Below are positions 1 to 7,596 of a DNA stretch of 64,000 nt, piece after piece. The position numbers and the translations under genes are program-made. How positions within the stretch are numbered: the stretch's first letter is position 1; every line of letters starts with the position of its first letter. The notes beneath the pieces are model-generated. The model had not been told where the DNA came from. It did not search any database and saw only the letters and a program-made list of their open reading frames with translations. This stretch comes from an uncultured Faecalibacterium sp. (GTDB taxonomy: Bacteria; Bacillota; Clostridia; Oscillospirales; Ruminococcaceae), in the NCBI GenBank assembly GCA_964370685.1, contig CAYJKG010000006.1, positions 15,008-79,007 of the forward strand. Reading direction: 5' to 3'.

Positions 1-163
1 GCGTTACAGCTCGTTCAACAAACATGTGGTTGAAATCATTTCTATCACGTATTTTTTTGCCAAAATATAAGCTTGCAAGTTGTTTGTTTGGCATTATCTT
101 TAACACATAGCTAATCTTGTTGTTAAAAATGTGAAAAGTATCTTGTCCGTTAAAATTAATCAT
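1..163 (-). CDS. alpha-galactosidase (GH36-like), N-terminal fragment running off the left edge
   Basis: Own minus-strand translation from the ATG at 163..161: MINFNGQDTFHIFNNKISYVLKIMPNKQLASLYFGKKIRDRNDFNHMFVERAVT. The pattern F-H-x..SY...L..LYFGKKI resembles N-termini of AgaA-type GH36 enzymes. An AAAGGA SD-like box lies about 11 nt upstream. Missing from the ORF track only because it is truncated. Confidence 0.5.
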   Translation of the reverse strand, partial: MINFNGQDTFHIFNNKISYVLKIMPNKQLASLYFGKKIRDRNDFNHMFVERAVT

Positions 164-190
164 ATGTGCTAATCCTTTTTTAATTTAATA

Positions 191-1930
191 TTATTTTGTT
201 TCGGTTATTTGTTTTATTTCATCTTCTTCAGTGATGTCGGTTTTATTTGCATGTTTTTGTAGTAGAATAGAGCCGGTTGCACAAACAGCGCCAATGGCAA
301 AAATAACAAGTATTGTGTCAACACCAAACCCGCTCTCACGTGCTATACCAATTTTTGAAAAAACAGCATACATTGAAAGCATTACAAAAATAACAAAACC
401 ACTAAATGTAAAGCGATGTTTCCAAGGTGCTAGTGAAACTTGGTTGTTAACTGGTAGCTCAAAAGGTGTTTCGAGTGGTTTTATTTTGCCGATTATATAC
501 ATTATTAAACAAGATAATACAAATAATATGGCAGAAATATGTAGATAATGCAAACCAGTGTTCCATAAGCCTAATTGTGTTGCAGCGTAGATACTAACAA
601 AGAAAATTATTGCAACTTTTGCAGCAATTGGTGGCACTTTTTTAGTCATATAGCCCATGAAAATAATTGTAAATATAGGTACATTAAAGAAACCGTTTAT
701 AGTTTGTAGATAATCAAACAAACCTGCTGGTGCATACAAAATAAATGGTGCACCAAACATTGAAATTAAAGCAACTACAAGTGCAAAAACTTTACCAATT
801 TTTATAAAATGTTTTTCATCTTTGCCAGCACCAAATTTTGGTTTGTAAACGTTTAGAGCAAATAGGGTAGAGGCACTGTTTAAAACACTGTTAAAGGTGC
901 TTAATATAGCGCCCATCATAGCTGCTGCAAATAAACCGATTAATGGTGTTGGTAAAACTGTGCTAACAAGTTGTGGGTAAATAGTATCCATATCAGTTGC
1001 GTTTGGTCCTAAAATTTGGAATGCTAATATGCCAGGAATAATAACTATGATTGGTGTTAACACTTTTAAGAAACCTGCGTATATAACACCTTTTTGACCC
1101 TCTTTAAGATTTTTTGCACCGAGTGCACGTTGAATAATGGATTGATCTGTACCCCAGTAGTAAAGGTTAACTAGCAATAAACCAGTAAACATTGTTGTAA
1201 TTGGTAGGTAGCTATCATTTGTGCCTATAGCGTCAAATTTTTCAGGAGTTGCAGTTAAAAATATATCAAAACCACTTGCTATGTTGCCCTCTCCTAAAAA
1301 AATAAGTGCAAAAATAGGAACTAACAAACCGCCTATAACAAGAGCGATGCCATTGATACTATCAGAAATTGCAACAGCTTTTAAGCCACCAAAAATAGCG
1401 TAGATAGAGCCGATTATACCTATAACCCAAACCATCACCCAAATAGATTGTGCATAAGTGATGCCGAAAACCTCTGAAACGTTGAATAATTGACCCATCG
1501 CAACAGCGCCAGAGTAAAGTGTGATAGGTAGTAAGTTTACTATGTAGCTGATAAGAAATAATATTGTGATAAATTGCCTTGTCATGCCATCAAAACGTGC
1601 CTCGATAAAATCAGGTATAGTAGTGATACCTTGTTTTAAGTAACGAGGAACTAAAAATAGTGCAACGATGATAAGTGTAATACCAGAGCCAACCTCCCAG
1701 CCCATAACAGCCATGTTTTGGCTATAACTTTGGCCAGACATGCCTACAAAACTAACCGCACTTAGGTTTGTGAGCAAAAGCGAGCCAGCTATAACTTTAG
1801 AGGTAAGGCTTCTGCCACCTAAAAAGTAACCGTCGCTTGTGCTAAGCATATCATTACGGGTTTTAAAATAAGTAATTAACCCAACTACGCTAGAAAAGAT
1901 GATGAACGAAACAATAATGGTAATATTCAT
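191..1930 (-). CDS. sodium:solute symporter (SSS) family transporter
   Basis: Track ORF 191..1963 trimmed to MNITIIVSF... (ATG at 1930), which is preceded by GGAGG (1936..1940). Polytopic membrane protein of about 580 aa with an SSS-like sequence. The longer start would read through the operator palindrome. Confidence 0.8.
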   Translation of the reverse strand: MNITIIVSFIIFSSVVGLITYFKTRNDMLSTSDGYFLGGRSLTSKVIAGSLLLTNLSAVSFVGMSGQSYSQNMAVMGWEVGSGITLIIVALFLVPRYLKQGITTIPDFIEARFDGMTRQFITILFLISYIVNLLPITLYSGAVAMGQLFNVSEVFGITYAQSIWVMVWVIGIIGSIYAIFGGLKAVAISDSINGIALVIGGLLVPIFALIFLGEGNIASGFDIFLTATPEKFDAIGTNDSYLPITTMFTGLLLVNLYYWGTDQSIIQRALGAKNLKEGQKGVIYAGFLKVLTPIIVIIPGILAFQILGPNATDMDTIYPQLVSTVLPTPLIGLFAAAMMGAILSTFNSVLNSASTLFALNVYKPKFGAGKDEKHFIKIGKVFALVVALISMFGAPFILYAPAGLFDYLQTINGFFNVPIFTIIFMGYMTKKVPPIAAKVAIIFFVSIYAATQLGLWNTGLHYLHISAILFVLSCLIMYIIGKIKPLETPFELPVNNQVSLAPWKHRFTFSGFVIFVMLSMYAVFSKIGIARESGFGVDTILVIFAIGAVCATGSILLQKHANKTDITEEDEIKQITETK

Positions 1931-1944
1931 GATGTCCTCCCTTG

Positions 1945-1966
1945 CACGTGAACACGTGTTCACGTG
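1945..1966. promoter_or_regulatory. LacI-family operator, 22-bp perfect palindrome CACGTGAACACGTGTTCACGTG
   Basis: Perfect dyad verified by hand. Core TGAACA-CG-TGTTCA has the central CG typical of LacI/GalR operators. It lies 4 nt upstream of the symporter SD, and the same 16-bp core recurs at 3064..3079. Confidence 0.7.
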
Positions 1967-1975
1967 GTTTAAATT

Positions 1976-2001
1976 AATAAGCTCTTTTTCAAGAGCTTAT
2001 T
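1976..2001 (-). terminator. hairpin between the LacI gene and the symporter (weak terminator or attenuator)
   Basis: AATAAGCTCTT / AAGAGCTTATT gives an 11-bp perfect stem with a 4-nt loop. The trailing U-tract on the minus strand is poor (AAUUUAAAC), so read-through is likely. Confidence 0.35.
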
Positions 2002-2024
2002 GCGATAAAGTTAAGGTGTGCATT

Positions 2025-3047
2025 TTATTTTGTGGTAAATTGCACTGAGTTTTTTTCAACTAATTTAGGGGTACATGTTATATGTTTTTCGCCCTCAGTT
2101 GAAAGCAAGAGGTTAACTGTGTTTGTAGCGATATCGGTAAAAGCAACTTCAACAGTTGTTGTGGAAAAATCAAAAGCGTTTGTAATGCTGATGTTATCAA
2201 AGCCAACTATAGAGATATCTTGTGGTATGCACAGGTTATGTTCTAGTATAGCTTTTGATGCGCCGAGCGCCATAATATCGTTTGCGGCAAAAATAGCACT
2301 TATTTTTGAGCCACTTTTTAGTAATTTTTTAACCTCAGTATAAGCTATATCTTCTCTATACATTCCATGTAGTATTGTTACATTTGAATTATCAATTTCT
2401 TTCATAGCTTTTAAATAACCTTGCTCACGTTCTAATGAGGATAAACGATAATCACCAGCAATAAAAGCTATATCCGTATGACCAAATTTTTGTAGATATT
2501 TTGTTGCTTGGTAACCACCTAGAACGTTATCTGAGCTTATAAGTTTAAAAATTTTTTCTTCATCATCGCTGTGGGATAATTGGTCTATTAAAACTGCATT
2601 GTATCCTTGTTTTACTATATCTTCAATTGCTTTTGTATGGTAAGGAAAACCAACAAAAATTGCTCCGTATAAAAGTCGACTTTGCAAATGTTCGTGCATA
2701 GTTTCAAAATCAGCGGGGTCTGTAATTATATCAACTAAAGTTGAAAGTCCAACTTTTTTTAACGCGCTAATAAGGTTCTTTAAAAGTTCCATGTTATAAG
2801 GTGAGTTTGCACCTATTAGTGTGCTTGGGCTATTAGTTGTGTTTATATCCGCAATAAAAACACCAACTATATTTGCTGTTTTGCCAACAAGACCTCGTGC
2901 AAATTGATTAGCCTTATAGCCATGTTCTTCTATTATTTTGAGCACACGCTCTTTAGCGTCTGGTGCAACGTTTCCTTGGTTATTTATTACGCGTGAAACA
3001 GTGCTACGTGAAACATTTGCAAGTTTAGCTATTGTTGTTGTATTCAT
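2025..3047 (-). CDS. LacI family transcriptional regulator
   Basis: N-terminal HTH MNTTTIAKLANVSRSTVSRVINN followed by a periplasmic-binding-protein-like sugar-binding core. Start moved to the ATG at 3047, which has a GGAG SD (3054..3057). Confidence 0.85.
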   Translation of the reverse strand: MNTTTIAKLANVSRSTVSRVINNQGNVAPDAKERVLKIIEEHGYKANQFARGLVGKTANIVGVFIADINTTNSPSTLIGANSPYNMELLKNLISALKKVGLSTLVDIITDPADFETMHEHLQSRLLYGAIFVGFPYHTKAIEDIVKQGYNAVLIDQLSHSDDEEKIFKLISSDNVLGGYQATKYLQKFGHTDIAFIAGDYRLSSLEREQGYLKAMKEIDNSNVTILHGMYREDIAYTEVKKLLKSGSKISAIFAANDIMALGASKAILEHNLCIPQDISIVGFDNISITNAFDFSTTTVEVAFTDIATNTVNLLLSTEGEKHITCTPKLVEKNSVQFTTK

Positions 3048-3063
3048 TTTTTTCTCCAGTTCG

Positions 3064-3079
3064 GTGAACACGTGTTCAC
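3064..3079. promoter_or_regulatory. second copy of the LacI-family operator core GTGAACACGTGTTCAC (autoregulation site)
   Basis: 16-bp perfect palindrome identical to the core at 1948..1963. It lies 6 nt upstream of the SD of the LacI gene. Confidence 0.65.
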
Positions 3080-3188
3080 GGCTTAATGCAATTATATCAA
3101 ATGTAAAATTAATGTCAATTGCTTTTTACTTATTATTCGTCGTTTCGTATACTTTAATAATTTTGGATAAAGTTTTTTGTGTAAAAAG

Positions 3189-3872
3189 CTAGGAATTTTG
3201 TTGCCTCACCTTCATTTTTCGCCAATTACAATATGCATAAATATCATTTACTAAAAACAAAACAAAACAAATTATCATTGTTAAATATGAAAGATTTTGT
3301 ATAGAAGCAAACGACCAAAGGGTAATTAAAACTAAATCATTAACAGCGTATGCAAGTGCATAAAACTCGCTGCGATAATAAGTTAGCGCAACAGCAATAA
3401 AACTAGTTGTAACAGAAAGTGTGCTTAAAGGCAAGTAAGCAGTGTTGAAATATTTTAAAATAAAGTAAAATAATACTGTTACAGCTACGCTTAAAAGTAT
3501 AATGCGTAAAAATTTTTTGAGAGTTATAATGCCAACAGCAACCTCGGATTTATTTTCCTTATAGGGGTTTTTAATCCATGCTATCATAGCAGCAAAAGCT
3601 GCAGGAGCTGTCATACAAAGATAGGTTATCATCTCGCCATAATAGGCAAGTTCAAATGAGATGTAACCATATAAAAGGCTAAAAATTATGGTTAAGGCTT
3701 GACCAACAACATTGCCTTTTGCAAGAAAAAGCAATGAAGTTACACCTATTAAAGAGGCAAGTAGCGAAAGTTCATGACTGCCGCCGCCTATAAAAAAGGA
3801 TACAGTGATAAGTATTGTAGAAAATATCCATAGACATTTTTCAAAAAAAGTAAAATAGCTTAATTTTTGCAT
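3189..3872 (-). CDS. pnuC: PnuC-like nicotinamide riboside / vitamin transporter family membrane protein
   Basis: 227 aa with about 7 TM helices. The C-terminal ...LVNDIYAYCNWRK and the central LAKGNVVGQ...LLYGY resemble PnuC-family motifs. Substrate not assignable. Confidence 0.5.
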   Translation of the reverse strand: MQKLSYFTFFEKCLWIFSTILITVSFFIGGGSHELSLLASLIGVTSLLFLAKGNVVGQALTIIFSLLYGYISFELAYYGEMITYLCMTAPAAFAAMIAWIKNPYKENKSEVAVGIITLKKFLRIILLSVAVTVLFYFILKYFNTAYLPLSTLSVTTSFIAVALTYYRSEFYALAYAVNDLVLITLWSFASIQNLSYLTMIICFVLFLVNDIYAYCNWRKMKVRQQNS

Positions 3873-4129
3873 AAAAAGTTCCTTTAAGTTAAGCGAAAAA
3901 GTGTTATTCGGGTTCGGATAATGCTTGTTAGCTTATATTTGTTCTTACATTATATAACTATAGCAGATGTTTATTATATTGACAAGCTGAATGTTTTTTT
4001 GTTTTTGAAAACTGGTAAATTGTAAATTATTTTGATTGTACGCGTGTCAATTACAAAAAACTACTAGACTTATATTAATTGTTGTGGTATTATATCAAGG
4101 TTGTTATAAACAAAAAGGAGAAAATACAA

Positions 4130-4516
4130 ATGAAATTATTAAAAAAAATAGCAATATGCAGCGTTATAATTACATTGGCGCTTGCAGTAGTTGGTTGCTC
4201 AACACCAGCATCAACACAATCTGAAACACAAACAACTCAAAGCGTTTCAGTGGAAAGTGTAGAAGTAATTGATAAGTTAGAAATGGTTGTTGGCGATGAA
4301 GTTGCAAGTGTTGAAACTGTTGTATCACCAGAGGGCACAGATGCAAGATTGATATACAAATCTAGCAATGTTATGGTTGCAACTGTTGACCAAGAGGGTT
4401 TTGTTAAAGCTGTAAGCGCTGGCGAATGTACAATTATTACTACTGCAAAATCTGGCGAAGTTACATTGACAGTTGAAACTAATGTTGTGGTTACAGCACC
4501 TGAAGTTGAAGAATAA
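4130..4516 (+). CDS. lipoprotein with bacterial Ig-like (Big_2) domain
   Basis: Start moved to MKLLKKIAICSVIITLALAVVGCS (lipobox LAVVGC) with an AAGGAG SD at 4115..4120. C-terminal ...ATVDQEGFVKAVSAGECTIITTAKSGEVTLTV resembles Big_2. Confidence 0.7.
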   Translation: MKLLKKIAICSVIITLALAVVGCSTPASTQSETQTTQSVSVESVEVIDKLEMVVGDEVASVETVVSPEGTDARLIYKSSNVMVATVDQEGFVKAVSAGECTIITTAKSGEVTLTVETNVVVTAPEVEE

Positions 4517-4645
4517 GCAAAAACTATTTATACAAAATATAGGTGCTTATATATATTATACGCACTAAGGATTAAGGTTATCTAATAGTGTACTTATTGA
4601 TAAATGTCCGTTATGCGTTATATATTTTCAATGAAAACAAAAATG

Positions 4646-4682
4646 AAGCAATGCGAGTTATTTTCGCATTGCTTTATTTTTT
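4646..4682 (+). terminator. rho-independent terminator
   Basis: AAGCAATGCGA / TCGCATTGCTT 11-bp stem followed by TATTTTTTG. Confidence 0.6.
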
Positions 4683-4692
4683 GCCTTTTTCG

Positions 4693-4721
4693 TTGCACTT
4701 TTTGCGTAAAAATTGTATAAT
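4693..4721 (+). promoter_or_regulatory. sigma-A type promoter for murD
   Basis: -35 TTGCAC (4693..4698), 17-nt spacer ending in TG, -10 TATAAT (4716..4721). Confidence 0.5.
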
Positions 4722-4760
4722 ATAAGTTGTATGTAAAAATATATGTTGAGGGGTAAATAT

Positions 4761-6158
4761 ATGCTACAAGATAAAGAACAATTGAAACAACGTATAAATG
4801 GTAAAAAAATTGCTTTTATAGGCGCTGGAGTTAACCATAAAAAACTAATACCACAATTTGTGGAGATGGGTGCAATAGTAACTCTTTGTGACCAAAAGCA
4901 AAACCTTGAAGCTTTTGGCGAGTATGCTCAAACATTAAAAGATTTAAACATAAATTTTTCATTAGGTGAAACTTATACAGATGGCTTTAATGGTCAGGAT
5001 ATTATTATGCGCACACCTGGTTACGACTACACAAAACCAGCTTTGGTAAAAGCGATGCAAAATGGTACAGTTGTAACTAGCGAAATGGAACTGTTTTTTG
5101 ATTACTGCCCATGTGATATTATTGCAATAACAGGTAGTGATGGCAAAACTACAACTACAACTTTAATCAGTGAAATGCTAAAAACATCAGGGCGCAAAGT
5201 ACATTTAGGTGGTAACCTTGGCACACCACTTTTACCTATTTTAAAAGAAATAGAAAAAACAGATATTGCGGTGGTAGAACTTTCCAGTTTTCAGTTAATA
5301 AGTATGCGCAAAAGCCCTAAAGTTGCCGTGGTCACTAACGTTACCCCAAACCACCTAGATCACCACAAAGATATGCAAGAATATATAGACGCAAAGCGAA
5401 ACATTTTGCTTTATCAGAAAACTCCTTGCAAAGCTATACTTGGTTTTGAAAACGAGATTTCAAGAGCCATGCAAAGCGATTGTAAAGGGGAACAGATTTG
5501 GTTTACTCGTAAAAGTGTAACAGATAAAGGTGCTTTTTTACGTGAGGATGGCATGCTTTGTATGGCGCAAAATGGTACAATATGCGAAATTATGCATAAG
5601 GACGCAATAAAATTGCGCGGCGTGCACAACATCGAAAACTTGCTTGCAGCAATAGCAACTGTTTGGGGTGAAGTTAGTGCAGAGGATATGCGCAAAGTTG
5701 GTAGTACGTTTGCTGGTGTTGAACATCGCATTGAACCTGTGCGCCTTTTACATGGTATACAATATTATAATGACAGCATAGCAACAAGCCCTACACGTAC
5801 AATTGCAGGCTTGCGCAGTTTTGGGCAAAAAATAATAATAATTGCTGGCGGATATGATAAAGAAATACCATATGAACCGTTAGCACCTGAGCTAATAGCA
5901 CATGTAAAATGTTTAGTTTTAATGGGTGCTACTGGCCCAGTTATTGAGCGTGCCTTGCGAGCACATCCTGATTTTAAAGAGAGTGAAATGCAAATAGAAC
6001 ATGCCGAAAATATGGAACAAGCAGTTACTTTAGCACGCAAAAATGCAAGCGAGGGAGATATAATTAGTCTTTCGCCAGCTAGTGCTTCTTTTGATTTATA
6101 CGTCAACTTTGAAGCTCGTGGTAAACACTTTAAAGATATAGTAAATGCGCTTAAATAA
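4761..6158 (+). CDS. murD: UDP-N-acetylmuramoyl-L-alanine--D-glutamate ligase
   Basis: Mur ligase P-loop GSDGKTTTTTLISEML, plus GGNLGTP, ELSSFQL, NHLDHH and GVEHRIE motifs. Start at MLQDKEQ, preceded by GAGGGG. Confidence 0.85.
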   Translation: MLQDKEQLKQRINGKKIAFIGAGVNHKKLIPQFVEMGAIVTLCDQKQNLEAFGEYAQTLKDLNINFSLGETYTDGFNGQDIIMRTPGYDYTKPALVKAMQNGTVVTSEMELFFDYCPCDIIAITGSDGKTTTTTLISEMLKTSGRKVHLGGNLGTPLLPILKEIEKTDIAVVELSSFQLISMRKSPKVAVVTNVTPNHLDHHKDMQEYIDAKRNILLYQKTPCKAILGFENEISRAMQSDCKGEQIWFTRKSVTDKGAFLREDGMLCMAQNGTICEIMHKDAIKLRGVHNIENLLAAIATVWGEVSAEDMRKVGSTFAGVEHRIEPVRLLHGIQYYNDSIATSPTRTIAGLRSFGQKIIIIAGGYDKEIPYEPLAPELIAHVKCLVLMGATGPVIERALRAHPDFKESEMQIEHAENMEQAVTLARKNASEGDIISLSPASASFDLYVNFEARGKHFKDIVNALK

Positions 6159-6209
6159 GCAGTTTTAAATAATAAAAATAAATTTAAAAGTAAAAATATA
6201 AGGAATAAT

Positions 6210-7466
6210 ATGTTAAACAATTTTTTTGATTTTACTCCAAAAAGCCTAGAACTTGACGCAAAGGCTATGGAGCTTTGCAAACCTTATTTTGCAAAAGTGG
6301 AAGAAATAAGGGATTATAACCAGCTAAAAATGTTAAAAGCTTTTACAAGCTGTGATATGTCAGAAAGCCATCTTTTTGGCAGCTCTGGTTATGGTTTGTG
6401 GGATAGTGGCAGAGATAAACTAGAAGAAATTTTTGCAAAACTAGTAGGAGCAGAAGATGCTTTAGTTCGCACACAGTTTATGTCGGGCACACATACGTTA
6501 TCTGTTGCACTTTTTGGTGTGCTTTTTTCAGGCGATACATTGCTTGCAGCTACTGGCCGACCATATGACACTTTAGAGGCTGTAATTGGGATAGATGGTA
6601 AAGGCAAAGGCAACGGTAATCTTGCTGATTACGGAATAAAATATGATGAAGCGCCACTTTTAGATGATTTTACACCGGATTACGATTTAATCACAAAAAA
6701 AGCTCCAAATGCAAAGGTTTGCCATATACAGCGTAGTAGAGGTTACTGCCAAAGAAATGCATTTGATTTACAAACTATACAAAAAATATCTGATACAGCA
6801 CGTGCAGCAAATCCAGATATAATTATTTTTGTTGATAATTGCTATGGCGAATTTACACAAACTAAAGAACCAACACAAACAGGTGCAGATTTAATAGTAG
6901 GCAGTTTTATTAAAAATCCAGGCGGGGGCATTGCACCAACAGGTGGATATATAGCAGGGCGTAAAGACTTAGTAGAGCGCTGTGCATATCGTTTAACTGG
7001 CCCAAGTTTAGGCAAAGAGCTAGGCTGCACTTTAGATAGTTTACGCGCAATGTTTTTAGGTTTATATTATTCTCCAAACATTGTTTGTGAGGCAATTAAA
7101 ACAGCCATTTATTCTCAATGCTTGCTGGAGCTTTGTGGCAAAAAACCAGTGCCACGTTACACTGATAACCATAACGATATTGTTACTTGTTTTGATGCAA
7201 ACAGTGCACAGGCACTAGTTAGTTTTTGCCAAGGCATACAAAGTGCAAGCCCTGTTGATAGTTATGCTGCACCTATGCCTAGTGCAGAACCAGGTTATAC
7301 AGACCAAGTTGTTATGGCAAGTGGTAGCTTTACACAAGGAAGCACAATTGAACTTTCGTGTGATGGCCCTTTGCGTGAACCATATACATGTTATTTACAA
7401 GGTGGTTTAAACTTTACCGCAAGCAGAGCAGGTGTTTTACTTGCTGTGCAAAAAGCAGGGTTTTAA
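6210..7466 (+). CDS. ynbB: YnbB-like PLP-dependent enzyme (methionine gamma-lyase family, 'aluminium resistance protein')
   Basis: Long stretches recalled from B. subtilis YnbB: SSGYG..GRDKLEEIFA..GAEDALVR, FVDNCYGEF..EP...GADL..GS.IKNPGGGIAPTGGYI. Confidence 0.75.
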   Translation: MLNNFFDFTPKSLELDAKAMELCKPYFAKVEEIRDYNQLKMLKAFTSCDMSESHLFGSSGYGLWDSGRDKLEEIFAKLVGAEDALVRTQFMSGTHTLSVALFGVLFSGDTLLAATGRPYDTLEAVIGIDGKGKGNGNLADYGIKYDEAPLLDDFTPDYDLITKKAPNAKVCHIQRSRGYCQRNAFDLQTIQKISDTARAANPDIIIFVDNCYGEFTQTKEPTQTGADLIVGSFIKNPGGGIAPTGGYIAGRKDLVERCAYRLTGPSLGKELGCTLDSLRAMFLGLYYSPNIVCEAIKTAIYSQCLLELCGKKPVPRYTDNHNDIVTCFDANSAQALVSFCQGIQSASPVDSYAAPMPSAEPGYTDQVVMASGSFTQGSTIELSCDGPLREPYTCYLQGGLNFTASRAGVLLAVQKAGF

Positions 7467-7596
7467 GCTTTGCTCTTAAAGAGATACAAAATACTTGAAA
7501 TATAATGTAGTCATGAGTTATAATTAAATAAGCAAACAATGAGCACACAATAAACACACAAAAACGAAAGATAATCCTAATAGTGAGGAGAAATAA

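Noticed and set aside
5765-6280. 171-aa minus-strand ORF spanning the murD 3' end and the ynbB 5' end. Many other antisense ORFs in the track fall in the same class, for example 231..548, 2032..2343, 7727..8035, 7886..8239, 27397..27813, 37506..37892, 39740..40051 and 49457..49816.
   Set aside because: All lie entirely inside or antisense to strongly supported CDSs. They have low-complexity or Leu/Ser/Phe-rich translations typical of shadow frames in AT-rich DNA, and none has a convincing SD or start context.
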